Counted from the first letter of the stretch, positions 1-14,376 are shown. The stretch: DNA of 64,000 nucleotides from Octopus sinensis (GCF_006345805.1 NC_043011.1:40064464-40128463), one strand, 5' to 3'. Translations and numbers: made by a program. The notes: generated by a model from the sequence alone, not told the origin.

Positions 1-1647
1 TCCATCTACTAAATCCACCCACAAAGCTTTGGTTGGCCCAAGGCTACAGTAGAAGACACTTGCCCAAGGTGGTACATAGTAGGGTAAGTGTAGAGGCCGG
101 AACTGGAACAGTTTGAAGATAAAACATAGGATTATTTATAGCAGGTTCAACTGATTGACATGTGTTTGCAGCAAAGACTGGTTCCATAGAGAAAGTGGTG
201 TGGCTTGTGATATCTGTAGCTGTTGAAGCAGCTGGTTAAGTGAACTGTGTGTGGGGCCTAATGGTTAGGGTGATGCACTCATGATCGCAAGATCACGGTT
301 TCAATTCCTGGACTGGAAGGACAGTGCATTGTGTTCTTGAGCAAAACACTTCATTCCATGTTACTACAGTACATGAGCAACCCTGCGATAAACTGGCATC
401 CTATTCAGAGCAAATGTGATCTCGATATCATGGAACCAGGTAATCAGCGCTATGTGACCCAGGACTTAAGACAGTAATATTGAGGGGATGATGATGATGT
501 AGCTGGGAATAATCTGAACAGATTCATCATTATCACTGTTTAAATTCCCAGTTTTTCCACGCTAGCATGGGTTAGACAGAATTCGTTGGGGACAGTTTCT
601 CCATGGATGGGTGCTCTTCCTATCACCAACCTTCATCTGTTTTTAAGGAAGTTAATATCCCCCTGCAGCTGAACATATTTGCATGGAAGAATGGAACAAA
701 ACACTGTTTGTATGAAAGTGGCATTTGTCAAGAGGTGGGGGCGGTGCTGTGGGTGCACAAACACAGACGCACATACCCATACATATATGATGCACATATA
801 CATATATTTATATATATCCTGGCCACAGCGGAGAAGGCAAAACACTGGATTTGGTTAAAAAGAGACGATGAACAATGGCTAGAAGTATACTGAGAGAAGT
901 GCAATAACCAGTTGATCTGGCAAGCGGGGTCTCATCTCAGTGAGTAGGGCCAGTGTGCAATAATATCATTGAGACAAAGGCCCTAAAATGGCACAGATTT
1001 TCTCCTGATGAATCCATAAACATGCTTGTGGAGCGTTTGCCTGGTAGCACTTGTATCTGCAAGTTGTTGGCTTCTGTCCACTAAATTCACTCACAACACT
1101 TTGGTCAGCCTGGAGACGGGGCAATAGTAGAAGACAACTTGCTCAAGGTGCTATGTAGTGGAAATGAACCCAAAACTGTATGGTTGCCAAGCAAGCTTTT
1201 TAATCACACAGCAATACCTACACTCTATATTATTTGCCTTTAGCAATCAAACTAGCCATATCTGGCCCAAATATTTTATCTGTTACTTTTTTTTCTTTTT
1301 GTTCAAACTGGCCAGGTTTAGCCTCTTATATCTACTCTACCTTGTCATTCTAAAAATAAGCTATTATATCATTGAAATCTCAAAACTATGAGATAATTTA
1401 CAACTAATTCAAAGCAATCATCATTATCATCATTGTTTAATGTCAGCGTTCCATGCTGGCATGCGTTAGACAGTTTTGAATGAGAACTGGCAAGCCAGGA
1501 GGCTGCACCAAGCTCCAATCTGGTTTGGCAAGGTTTCTACAGCTGGATGCCCTTCCTAATGCCAGCCACTCCAAGAGTGTAGTGGGTGCTTTTTACATGT
1601 CACCAGCACGGGAGCCAGTCAGGTGGCACTGGCATGTTATGTTCAAA

Positions 1648-2137
1648 TGGTGCTTTTTACGTGCCACCAGCACAGGTGCCAGTCATGTGGCACTAGCATC
1701 AGCCACATTCAAACTGTGCTTTTTATGTTCCACCAGCATGGGTGCCAGTCAAGCAGCACTGGCAGCGATTACGCTTGAATGGTGCTTTTTACGTGCCACC
1801 AGCACAGGTGCCAGTCATGTGGCACTAGCATCAGCCACATTCAAACTGTGCTTTTTATGTGCCACCAGCATGGGTGCCAGTCAAGCAGCACTGGCAGCGA
1901 TTACGCTTGAATGGTGCTTTTTACGTGCCACCAGCACAGGTGCCAGTCATGTGGCACTAGCATCAGCCACATTCAAACTGTGCTTTTTATGTGCCACCAG
2001 CATGGGTGCCAGTCAAGCAGCACTGGCAGCGATTACGCTTGAATGGTGCTTTTTACGTGCCACCAGCACGGGTGCCAGTCAGGTGGCACTGGCATCAGCC
2101 ATGCTCAAATGGTTCTTTCTTTTTACATTCCACTGGC
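1648..2137. repeat. Minisatellite: 66-bp units forming a 132-bp A/B higher-order repeat inside a family-D element
   Basis: tggtgctttttacgtgccaccagcac recurs at 1648, 1780, 1912 and 2044, with variant B units in between. Confidence 0.92.
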
Positions 2138-2467
2138 ATGTGAATAAATAAGCATTACATTTGACAGAATAACCTGAAAGCTAACGGGTTTAAAAAAAAA
2201 ACCCCAAAAAACCCCACTTTTTGGTGACCCCTAGCTGATGATAAGATTGCATATGGGCCACAACACAAACATTATTCTAGTCCTGGCCAGTTGGTGACTT
2301 CTCCCAGCTGGGAGGACAGTGAACAGCTGAGTGGCTGTTGCTATCACACATAGCTACACCAATTACATACTCAGCTGGGAAGGCGTTAAATATGTTGGCC
2401 ACTATGCATGACTTAGTGTATCTAACCAAAAATCCGGCATCCAACCTGTTGACTGCTTCGTGTGAAG

Positions 2468-2499
<32 letters not shown>

Positions 2500-2639
2500 A
2501 TTTATCTACTTCATCTTTGGATCTACTTACTACAATCTATGTAGCTGCTGGTAGAACTTGCAGTTCTTTCTACATATACACTATCTAATTACCAATTATT
2601 TTGAGGTGCCACTTTTGTCAGCATTTATAACAATATTAT

Positions 2640-3106
2640 GAACACATACACATATGCATGCACACACACACACATGCATGCATGCACACACAAACACACA
2701 CATATACATAGATCAGACATATATACACACAAACATATACATATATAGACACACTCATATATACACATACAAATATACACACAAACATATACATACATAT
2801 AGACACACACACATATACATGCATACACATACACACACACATATACATACATACACATACACACACATATACATACATACACACACAAACATATACATAT
2901 ATAGACACACATATACATACACACAAACATACATATATAGACACATACACATATCTACATACTTATACACATATACATGCACACACACATATATAGATGT
3001 ACACACATACCTACACACACATAAACACATATATACATGTACACATGTGCATATGCATACACACATATACACACATATACATATATGCTCACTCACACAC
3101 ACACAC
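2640..3106. repeat. Compound (CA)/(TA) microsatellite
   Basis: About 470 bp of alternating cata/caca/tata; source of several spurious H/T/Y and V/C/Y ORFs. A similar tract lies at 33895-34170. Confidence 0.95.
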
Positions 3107-5237
3107 GTATTGGTGGTATGGTGTCTTTGCAGTTAAATGTGGCTTACAAGAGTGCGAGAAACCGAGATTAACTAAATGACGAGATATTAAAAAAAGAAAG
3201 AGAGAGAGCGAGAGAGAGAAATAAAATAACTGTCAGAATAATATTAACAATGTGAGTTATGTTGCTGTTTTAGGTTTTAGTGTTTAACAGTATTGACAGA
3301 TCAGATAAAAGAGATAGGTAGGCATTTAGACAGACAGATAGATAGATAAATAGACAGACAGATCGACAGATATAAATAGATGTAGTTGATAGTGAAGTTA
3401 TATTAATAAACAAATTACTGTAAAATGAATCTCGTTGTTGTTTTGTTTTCGCTGAATTGTGTTGTAAGAGCTTTCAGACTGGAACATAGATGTAAACACA
3501 TACATGGATACAGGCCACAGTAGAAAAACCTCTTCATACGTAAGTGGTTCTTAACTGGGGTTCATATTAAACTTTAAGGTCCACATGAGATTTTGCTGCT
3601 AAAATTCATGTGCTATAAATTGGTAATATTTCTACATAGGCATATGAATGGCTGTGTGGTAAAGTAGCTTGCTTATGAACCACGTTAAACGATGAATTCC
3701 TTATAATATTTAATTATAAAAATATAATAGGATTTCTTTTGACCCTTTGGTATTCAGAATACTTTATCAAATGTAATGCTTATTTAATCACACTGCTTTT
3801 AATTAATGATGCATTTTTCTGTAACTTTGAAATTTTGATGATGTGACTGTATATTTTTAGGACGACATTGTAAGATAGGTGTGAGAGGCTGGATCTGGCT
3901 AGTTTGAATATAAAATGGGTAGAATATTTGGGCTGGATATGGACAGTTTAAATGTTAAAGGGTTAAACATCAAATGATTATGGGGTCCACCCCCAGTAAA
4001 ATAGAAATCAAAGGGGTCCATAAGCTAAAAATAGTTGAGGACCACTGCTTAACACAGTTGTTAGGGTGGTAATGGTGTCTTCATATAGCTAATGCTTTAC
4101 TGTCTCCCCCCACTCCAGTTACCATTATGGTTTGAACTGGTGCACATTGTGCAATTTCTGTTGAAAGTGTAGTAGATTCAAAACTGAACTGTTGGACAGC
4201 CACACAGATACCATGCTGAGATCACTATCGTTTCACATGATTGGCCAATTAACAGACCAATCAGTGTCAAGCCTCTATGTGATTCAACTTTCTAGAACAT
4301 TCTAATGAGTATTTATAAAAGGTGGGTGTTTTGGCAGTCAGTTTAGAATGTTGAAGCAGTTGCGATGACAACTCCATTCTCATTTTTCCATTCAGCAGCC
4401 GTGCAGATTGAAGGTACAGATTTGCTGGCATGAATTTAGTGAGATTTTTTCCCCAGTTGTGATGGCCTAGTCACAGATCGATAAGTACCAGTTGTTTTGT
4501 CACAGACCCCAGAATTCTTCTCTTCCATCATCATCATCATTGTTTAGCATCCGCTTTCCATGCTGGCATGGGTTGGACAGTGCAACTGGGGTCTGCGAAG
4601 CCAGAAGGTTGCACCAGGCCCAGTCTGATCTGGCAATGTTTCTACAGCTAGATGCCTTTCCTAATGCCAACCACTCCATGAGTGTAGTGGGTACTTTTTA
4701 CGTGCCACCGACATAGGTGCCAGACGAGGCTGGCAAACGGCCACAAGCGGATGGTGCCTTTTACGTGCCACCGGCACGGAGGCCAGGTGAGGCTGGCAAT
4801 GGCCACGATTGGATTGTACTTTTTACGTGCCACCGGCACGGAAGCCAGTCTGTTTTAAATTGCTGCTTTTATTCTTCATCCAAAGACCAACACAGAAAAC
4901 ACTATGAGCAGTAAATAAAGCTACCGTTAATTATTCATGTGTGTCGTTTATTATTTTACACACTGCCACGCGATGAAACATTTACCAAGAATAGTAAAAG
5001 GGCAAGTTTTGTTGTCTTTTCTTCTTCTGCACCCCCTGTATAAATGTGTGTGTGTATGTATGCAAAAGTAAGCAAAACTGACACATCTTCCCAAATATAA
5101 CTATTTAAGTGATGTAAATCATAGGATCAAAGGGTTAAATGAAAATTATTGAATGATTAAAGCTCTAAAATTGACTAAACACACAAGTCACACAAACTCA
5201 TAGAAACTCCACTGGAAAATGGTTTTCTCCTAGTTTA

Positions 5238-5272
<35 letters not shown>

Positions 5273-8200
5273 ATCTCACCTATTTCTATATCATCATTGT
5301 TTTATGTCTGCTTTCCATGTTGGTTTTTCATGGTCTGGGTCCTTAGGATTTACTAGTCAGCTAGACAGATTGGGAGGGTTGTTTCACTTGTATGTCTCAT
5401 TTGGACATGGTTTCTGCAGCTGGGTGCCCTTACCAACATCAATTACTAAAGAGCTGCATTTTATCATCATGGCATCAGCAACAGCAAAGTTGTCTTGTAC
5501 TCAGCAACACTAAACACTCCTCCCTCTACACTATGTTGCTTCTGTTTAATGAGAGTACTGGATATTTTGGCAAGGAGTGGCTGTGTGGTAAGTAGCTTGC
5601 TTGCCAACCACATGGTTTTGGGTTCAGTCCCACTGCGTGGCACCTTGAGCAAGTGACTTCTGCTGTAGCCTCAGGCCGACTAAAGCCTTGTGAGTGGATT
5701 TGGTAGATGGAAGCTGAAAGAAGCCTGTCGTGTATGTATGTTTGTGTGTCTGTGTTTGTCCCCCAATATCACTTGACAACTGATGGTGGTGTGTTTATGT
5801 CCCCTGTAACTAAGCAGTTTGGCAAAAGTTACTGATAGAATAAGTATTAGGCTTAGAAAGAATAAGTCCTGGGGTCGATTTGTTTGACTAAAGGTGGTGC
5901 TCCAGCATGGCTGCAGTCAAATGGCCTGATGTTGTTTCCATTTAATCATGTCAGAATGAGGGAATGAGAGAGAGAGAGTAAGGAAAGGAGATCCACAAGA
6001 AGAGGGCAATGGAGGGAGGGAGAGAGAGAGTATGATGGGAGAAAAAGTAATACAAATGTGAAGATGATTGAGGAAGGAGTAATAGAAGAGAGACAATGAT
6101 ATGCAGTTACATGTTGGTTGTTGGTGAGGAGATTGTATACAGAAACAATACATGTAGCAAGATGGGATAGGAGGATATAAGGTACATGTGTGTGTATATA
6201 CATACATGTGTGTGTGTGATTATCCCAGTGTTTTTTCCTAATTTGAAACAGCTGTGATCTGAGAAAAAATTTGCTGCTACTTTTAAGAGGTCAAGTGTCT
6301 ATGCAGGTGCTGGCCTGCACTAATTCAAAGTAAACTTAACTCCAAATCATCTCTAGTTGAACAGACTCATGATGAAAGAGTTGTGACCATCCCATCTTTT
6401 TGCATATCAGGAACACTTTGTTGCTCAATATATCCTTTATATATGTTATTTAAAATAGTAAAGCATAGAATATGTGGCTGTTATTTCTAGCAGACTGAGT
6501 GATCCTATAGAAGGCTGCTACTGAAACTAGACAATGTACATTGGTGTCACCTTATGATGGGTGCAGTGGTGGTGGTGGAGGTGATGGTGGAAGCTATATA
6601 GTTAGGCAGCGATAGAGCAAGTAAACCACACAATAAATATTCTCATCTGCCAGAAAAATATTATCTGTCTGTCTGTGTGTCTCTCTTTCTGTTTCCCTTT
6701 TACATATTCTATTCCATTCCATTCCTTTACACAGGTGGTTGATGGAAGAGTATAAATTACTTCAGGGAGGTGGTTGGTGTAAAGGACTGTGTAAGGCATG
6801 AGGTACTTACAGAGGGAGTGAAAGGTGGAGATAGAAATATCAGGTAGCAATTCAGTTACATATATAGATAGGCATAGATAAGCACCAATATAATAAGGAT
6901 GGCATGTGGGAAATAAATTACACAAACTATCAAATGACTGCCGGTAATCAGTGGTATCTATTAACAGGTAATTAATCAAGTTATTTTCCAATATGGAAAA
7001 GAATAATGGACTTTGAGATCTTCATGTCATTCCCACCGACAACTATGCACATAGATACACAGAAAAATATATGTGATGCAGGTGTCACATAACTGGCACT
7101 TGTGCTGGTGGCACATAAAAAGAACCCTTCGAATTTTGCGCCACACAGAGCCGATGACAAGTGACTGAGACTGTTGGCAATATGCCACGCATGAGAAGAT
7201 TCGTCAAGCGAAATGAAATCATAGTTGTGGCTGAAACTGGTGTCACATAACTGGCACCTGTGCCAGTGGCATGTAAAAAGCACCCTTTGAATGTTGGGCC
7301 ACGCAGAGCTGATGACAAGTGGCTGAGACTGTTGGAAATATGCCGTGCTTGAAAAAATTCGTGAAGCCAAAAGAAATTGTAGTTATGGCCGATGCCAGTG
7401 TCATGCAACTGACACCTATGCTGGTGACATGTAAAAAGCACCCATTACTCTCTTGGAGTGGTTGGCATTAGAAGGGCATCCAGCCATAGAAACCATGCCA
7501 AATCAGACTGGAGATTGGCTTAGCTCTCCAGCTTACCAGCTTCAGTCAAACCATCTAACCCATGCCAGCATGGAAAGCATGATAAAAATGGTGATAACAT
7601 ATACCAACATAGGTAGTGGGGCAGAAATATATATACATATACAAGGTAGCGAGCTGGCAGAAATGTTAGCACGCTAGGCGAAATGCTTAGCGGTATTTCG
7701 TCTGCCGTTACGTCAAATTCCGCCGAGGTCAACTTTGCCTTTCATCCTTTCGGGGTTGATAAATTAAGTACCAGTTACGCACTGGGGTCGATGTAATCGG
7801 CTTAATTCCTTTGTCTGTCCTTGTTTGTCCCCTCTATGTTTAGCCCCTTGTGGGCAATAAAGAAATAAGAAATATATACATGTACATAATTTAAACCCTA
7901 TTCTGTCTTGTGTATCACATGTGGTACCTGAGACATGTTTCCCTGGCATCCATGCATCATATATCATACACATTCTCAATTTCTTTCAACCACTAGGCCC
8001 AACTTGGGACTTATGTAAGGAAAGCATTATATTGCTCAGAATGTATGAAACGAGGGCCAACTAAAAGTCTGTAAACAGGTATAGATATCTCGAACATCAT
8101 CATCATCATCGTTTAACGTCCGTTCTCCATGGTAGCATGGGTTGGACGGTTCGACCGGGGATCTGGGAAGCCAGAAGGCTGCACCAGGCTCCAGTCTTAT

Positions 8201-9279
8201 CTGGCAATGTTTCTACAGCTAGATGCCCTTCCTAACGCCAATAAGAACAGACTTATGAAAATGTTTTGGAAAAGAAAAGGGTTAAGTGAAGATGGATGCA
8301 CGCATGCATTTGTGTGTGTGTGTGTGTGTTTTCCTATATCATCATTGAATTATGTTTGTTTTCCAAGCTGGTTCTTCATAATCTGAATCCCTTGGATATA
8401 GTGGCCACCGAGACAAATTTGTCTTACTTGCATGTCTCCTTTTGACATGGTTTTTGCAGCTGGATGCGCTTGCTAACATCAACCACTAAAAGGAGTCCAA
8501 CAGATGCATATTATCATGGCACCAGCATGAGTGAGGTTGTCTTGTATTCAGCAACACTAAACACCCTACACTATATTGCTCTGTCTGTCGAGTGTGCTGG
8601 ATGCATTATATTATGGCAATAACACAATGGCTTTTTACCATTTCTATCTACCGAATCCCCTGACAAGTCTATAGTTAACCTGTAGCTGTTGTAGAAGACA
8701 CTAGCTCAAAAGTGCCATGTAGTGGGACTGAACCTCAAATCACACAGCTGGGAAACAAACTCCAAAAGCATTCACAAGCCTGCATCTTTATTTATATATA
8801 TATATATTCTTTCTTTTCTTTCTTTATTCTTTTACTTGTTTCAGTCATTTGACTGCAGCCATGCTGGAGCACCACCTTTAGTCGAATCAAATCGACTCCA
8901 GGACTTATTCTTTGGAAGCCTAGTACTTATTCTATCGGTCTCTTTTGCTGAACCGCTAAGTTATGGCAACTTAAACACACCAGCATCAGTTGTCAAGCAA
9001 TGTTGGGAGGACAAACACAGATACACAACATACATACATACATACATACATACATACACACACGTACATATATACAATGAGCTTCTTTCAGTTTGCATCT
9101 ACCAAATCTACCAAATACGCTCACAAGGCTTTGGTCGGCCCGAGGCTATAGAAGACACTTGCCCAAGGTGTCAAACAGTGGGACTGAAGCTGGAATCATA
9201 TTTATATATATATATATTTAAAAGCATAATTTTCATGGGAGTTTCAACCATTGCAAGAGAAAGAGCAGTTATTACTTAC

Positions 9280-9494
9280 TTTGATCTTAGAGTCCATGCT
9301 GCAAGACAACATAAGATGAGCATATCTAGGGAACCAGCGGATAGCAGAAATCCCTTTGTTGTGGCCTGTCCATGTGTGAATAAGTTTTTTGGGAATGAAA
9401 CACTTCTCTGGTGGATCATCAGATTTGAGGTTAACGCCAACATCATGTGGAGGGTGTAAGAAGGAACGGCCTTGGTAGTCTGTGGCATCTTTGA
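9280..9494 (-). CDS. CDC40: CDC40/PRP17 internal exon (215 nt) containing the first WD40 repeat
   Basis: Acceptor ctgatttgcag, donor gtaagt. (I)KDATDYQGRSFLHPPHDVGVNLKSDDPPEKCFIPKKLIHTWTGHNKGISAIRWFPRYAHLMLSCSMDSKIK. The track ORF 9276-9500 is a different frame of this exon. Confidence 0.97.
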
Positions 9495-9734
9495 CTGCAA
9501 ATCAGAAATGAAGAGAAGTTTTTACAAGGTCTACTTAGACGCATAATTTAGAACATTTTAACAAATATTTATTGGACACATGAATACAAACACACACACA
9601 CACAAGACCTGGCTATTTCTATTATAATATCAGGAACTAAACTTTGAAAATGCAGGGTTACAACTTTCAAGGTGACAAGTTTAAAATCTGCAAAACCAAA
9701 CACAATTACTCTGCTTGCATTAGCCTGTTGACTT

Positions 9735-10220
9735 CAGTAATCCCTCAACTACCGCGGGCGTTACATTCCACCCCACCATAGATGAAAATCCGTTAAGTAG
9801 AAACAGTACTGTATATTTTTTAAAATCATTTTTATAATATGTATATATTCATTTTATCATAAATGCAAAACAACATCACACACTCACTTCCTGAGTTTCG
9901 TTTTCCATACAGTATGTGCAATTCTTTGTCTACTCATCTGCAGTACACTATGTTTTTTCTTTTAATAAATTTTAATTAATGTGTTATACAGTGCAGTACT
10001 GTATTGCATTTCTATTTATTAATTCATTAATTTTTAGGCATGAAAATGCTTATTTTACCACAGAAATAATTTAAATCTAAAAAAATATAAATACTTATCA
10101 GCCACAGAAACCCGCAATATATAGAGGATTCCATGATATAAACTTACTTATATTAGGCAGAAAAATCTGTGATGTACTGAGGGTATGATAAATGAACCAT
10201 GATATAGTGAGTAGTTACTG
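9735..10220. mobile_element. Tigger/pogo-like (Tc1-mariner) MITE, decayed
   Basis: Starts cagtaatccctcaactaccgcgggcgttacattcca and ends gatatagtgagtagttactg-ta; imperfect CAGTA TIRs, AT-rich interior. Confidence 0.6.
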
Positions 10221-13200
10221 TATTTGGTCCCACAGCAGATCTGCATAACTGTGTAGATCCAGCTGGTTAAGTCTACTTAAATTGTCACTCATCCACCATC
10301 ATAAGATTTTCAGTAGATGAGATGACAAATGAGGTCACCATAAAGAGACATCAGTACATTGTCAGATTATAGCGATAAATGTTTATATAACATAAGTGCC
10401 ACTATCTGAGTCTCTGTGATTCGTACATTGTGACAAACCAAAGTGAGATAACTAGTAATCGTGTGAAACAGCAATTATTACATTAGAGTGTCCCTTTCCA
10501 AGAAGTATGCTGCAACAACAGTTATGGGTCCTTCACTCCTGGTGGTTTTAATTGAATCGCTATTGACTCTATATTTACCCTTTGAACAGGTCTTGTTTTT
10601 TTCTTTATCCCACAGGGTGTCCAAAACTACCCTACTAGTTACGCATGATTATTTGGCCATTAAAATTCATAATGCAATAAAAAAACTGCTATAAAAAATT
10701 AATAAAACAGAAAAGGAAGATGCCTAAAGTTATGTTCACTCACTGGCCATCACCAAAGATTATAACTTTATAAGTACTCGGCACTTCAAGAAAAATGCCC
10801 TCATACAGAGGATAGGAGAATCACAATCTCTATCTATACTACACCTTTGATACATTTAAAGCTTTTGGAAATGGCAGTATTGCATTGTCACAAATGTACG
10901 ATACTCTGAAATGTCTGCTGTCTGAGTTTCCAACAAGTTTCAGTTATCAGTAATCAATGAAAATTATGACTAGAATGTTTGAATAAAAAAAAAGTAGATT
11001 ATGATTGACTCTCGTCCAAGTAGCACAATGTTGTCATAGACAAATATTTGCAGTCAACCATTTAGAAATATAGATTACTATATATGGTATTACGTAGGTT
11101 ATGAACAGCAGAAGACTCATATATATAATGCCATATATGCCTGATAAAACTGATGTGCAACAACTATTATGGGGTCTTAGCAGAATGTCTAGGTCTATCA
11201 CCACCACCACCATCATCATCATCATTTAATGTCCATTGTCCATGCTGGCATGGGTTGAACAGTTTGACTGGGTTGGCACTCTGGAAGGCTGTACCAGGAT
11301 CCAGTCTCATTTGGCATGGTTTTCTAATTGCTGCATGCCCTATCTAATGCCAACCACTCCGAGAGTGTAACGGGTGCTTCTACGTTCCACGGCATGGGTG
11401 CCATTTGTGTGACACTGGTACCTGCTATGACTGTGATTTTGCTTGGCTTGATGGGTCTTCTCAAGCATGACATAATGCCAAAGATATTGGTCATTGCCTC
11501 CATGAGGCCCAACGCCTGAAAGGAGCTTGGCCTCCATGAGACCCAATGCTTGAAAGGAACTCAGCCACCTCGCCTCCGTGAGGCCGAACACTCAAAAGGA
11601 AATATGTATCTCATTAAAATAATGCCTGTTCTACAAGTTTTCTTCTCGGTATGTGTATAGAAAAGCAGCAAATTAAGGGATATAGCTTCATTATTATAGA
11701 AGATCAATAAAATCAGATGCAAAAAGAGACAAATACACAATACAGCGACACAAGCATTATTCTTTTTCCTTTTACTTGTTTCAGTCATTTGGCTGTGGCC
11801 ATGCTGGAGCACCATCCTAAAGGGTTACTAGTCTAAGAAATTGACACCAGGACTTATTCTTTCTAAGCCTAGTACTTATTCTGTCAGTCTCTTTTGCTGA
11901 ACCGCCAAGTTACAGGGACGTAAATACACCAACATCAGTTGTCAAGCAATGGTTGGGGGGACAGATACAGACACACACATATATACGACAGGCTTCTTTC
12001 AGTTTCTGTCTATCAAATCCACTCACAAGGTATTGGTCGGCCTGAGGCTATAGTAGAAAACACTTGCTCAAGATGCTACACAGTGGGACTGAACCTGGAA
12101 CCATGTGATTGGGAAGCAAGCTTCTTACCACACATCCACACATGTGTCTATCTTTTGGTGGTTCTGGTGAAGCACTAACTGATGGCCTTATATAAAAAAA
12201 GACTAATAAAAATATATGTGGTTTGAAGGATTATCTAAGATGCAACAAGTGCTGTTTGTGGAAATCCAGTTGATAAAATAATAAAGAGGAATTGTCCAAA
12301 CTGAGGATCAACTGAAGGAGGAGCCTCTCAATTAGTCTTGGTAATTCTCCTAATGATGCATGAAATTTAAGCGACAACGAAGTAAGTCGATAATTGCTTG
12401 AATAAGGTTGAGCTTCTGCGGTGATATCTCACAGAAGTGAAGCTCTTGTCAGTAAGAATTACAAGTGTTATGTTCAACAGAAAAATATGAAAATAAACTT
12501 GGTGAGTACAAGCAAAAAAAGCAAATCTTTCATCTTTTACTTGTTTCAAGAATTGGACAACAGTGGCCAGACTGGAGCTGCTGTTCAACTAAACCTTTCA
12601 AGGTTTAGTTGAACAAATTAATCCCAGCACTCTACTTTTGACCCAACCCCAGACACACATGCGCACGATGAGCTTCTATGAGTTTCTTCCACAAGGCTCT
12701 GATTGACCTGCGGCTATATTAGAAGACACCTGCCCAAGGTGGCATGCAGTGTGAATGAAGCTAAAACTATGTGGCTAGGAAGTAAATTTCTTACCACACA
12801 GCCAGATCTGTGGCAATCAAAAGTCTAAAATAACAGATAAAGATCAGTGCATGATAATGTCTATAAAGGAAATGTATAGCAAATTGCTGAATGTCAACCT
12901 TGATGCTCCCAGGTAAATAAAGAGGATACAAAAGAAGATCTACCTTATAGGTAACTTAAAACAGAGGGTTTGAATTACACAAGTATACGTAGTTCCAATA
13001 TATCAGGTTAGATAAATCAGGGGAGTGGAAGCATGCACCCAGTTACAATTCAACCAGATGCATGTTTTGTATTTGACAATCAGTTGGTGAGTGAAATTAA
13101 TAATTGTCTGTAGATTGGATATAAATCAAAACGAATTTCTGTTGCCCAAGTAAAATGAAGCAGATATCATGATGTAAGCTAGGTTGAAACAAAATGAAAT

Positions 13201-13360
13201 ATGCTGTCATAGAAGTGACAGAATGCTCACTGTGAAATATGTGGGCTGCCCTTCATTGCTTCAAGAAAAAAAAAGGACAAAAAAAAAATCACAGTTCACA
13301 AGGTTTGCCAAAATACGAGACAGCCATTGCAAGAGTAACATTTAATCTACTTCTTAGTAT

Positions 13361-13432
13361 CAATTGTTAAAAATAGCTCTAGTCAGCTGACTGCTTAAGC
13401 GATCAGCTGACTAGAGCTATTTATAACAACTG
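13361..13432. repeat. 72-bp near-perfect palindrome
   Basis: Perfect 20-bp arms aaatagctctagtcagctga / tcagctgactagagctattt around gcttaagc; arms extend with 2 mismatches. Confidence 0.92.
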
Positions 13433-13539
13433 CAACAATAGTTCTACCCTAATAGTTCTATGCATATCTGACAAGAAATGGAGAAAGACAATGAATAAGC
13501 CTCATTGATACAAGTCACCCAAATAACAGAACTACTTAC

Positions 13540-13636
13540 TATGTAATGTAGTTTTCTCATCGCCAACTTTCTCTTCAGGAGGTCGCTTGATTTTGTTTCG
13601 TTTCATGAGGATTTCATCAAGTTCTTTCATTTCTTC
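13540..13636 (-). CDS. CDC40: CDC40/PRP17 internal exon (97 nt)
   Basis: Strong pyrimidine tract ending ttttag, donor gtaagt. EEMKELDEILMKRNKIKRPPEEKVGDEKTTLH resembles human EEQKELDEITAKRQKKGKQEEEKPGEEKTILH. Confidence 0.95.
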
Positions 13637-14376
13637 CTAAAATGGTTAAAAAGCAAAAGAAAAGTTGGCAGGAAAGAGATAAGAGTTTCCTTCATTGATT
13701 GTGAGGAAGGCTGTATGTGCTGGTGTTCTGTTTGATGAAGGGGTCAGTGATTTGGGTGGGAAATGGTTTGGCACCTAGTTGAGTGTTTTTGACAGTAGAA
13801 TGGGTGGCAGCTGAAGGACTGAAAAAAGGGGACAAAAAAACTGGTTATGTTTAATAAAACTGAGATGGTATTAAATTTTGTAAATTTGTCCAACAGCATG
13901 GTGAATTACGAAGAATCACATGGATGCAAGTTCTCTGTTGTGTCTTCATTGATAAAGGGGTGGGGTGGGTCAGAAAAATTTTGACTAATAGGAGCAGGAA
14001 TAGTTGTGTAGCTAAGAAGCTTGCTTTGCAACCATGTGGTTTCGGGTTCAATACCATTGTGCAATACCAAAGGCAACTGTGTGGGAGCCGATCGTGTATG
14101 TGTGTGTGAGAGAGAGAGAGAGAAAGGATAGATGGCCTAGTGGTTAGAGTGCTGCACACACAGTTGTGAGATCATGGTTTCAATTCCTAGACTGGGTGGT
14201 ACGTTGAGTTCTTGAGCAAAACACTTTATCCAGTGTTGCTCTGTGATCACATCAACACCTGGCATGCGGTACATCATTCAGACAACATCAATTTGATCAC
14301 TAGAAACAAATTATTTGTGCAGGTCATTTGGCAAAATCTGAACACTCATACATCGCCTTCAACAAGAGAGTTCATC

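Noticed and set aside
1648-2137. CRISPR-like regular repeat
   Set aside because: Intervening sequences are themselves repeated (no unique spacers), there are no cas genes, and the context is a eukaryotic intron.
2625-3179. Overlapping ORFs rich in H/T/Y or V/C/Y (also near 33900, 45400 and 48100)
   Set aside because: Translations of dinucleotide microsatellites.
3478-3539. + strand exon-like segment (ctttcag ... gtaagt)
   Set aside because: No recognisable peptide or partner exons; the donor overlaps a hAT MITE end.
1-9279. Next CDC40 exon (LWEVY...)
   Set aside because: No TGG-GAR codon pair with a suitable acceptor found; presumed to be left of the window.
8722-9459. 245-aa + strand ORF
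   Set aside because: Read-through of family-A SINE sequence plus the antisense of the CDC40 exon.
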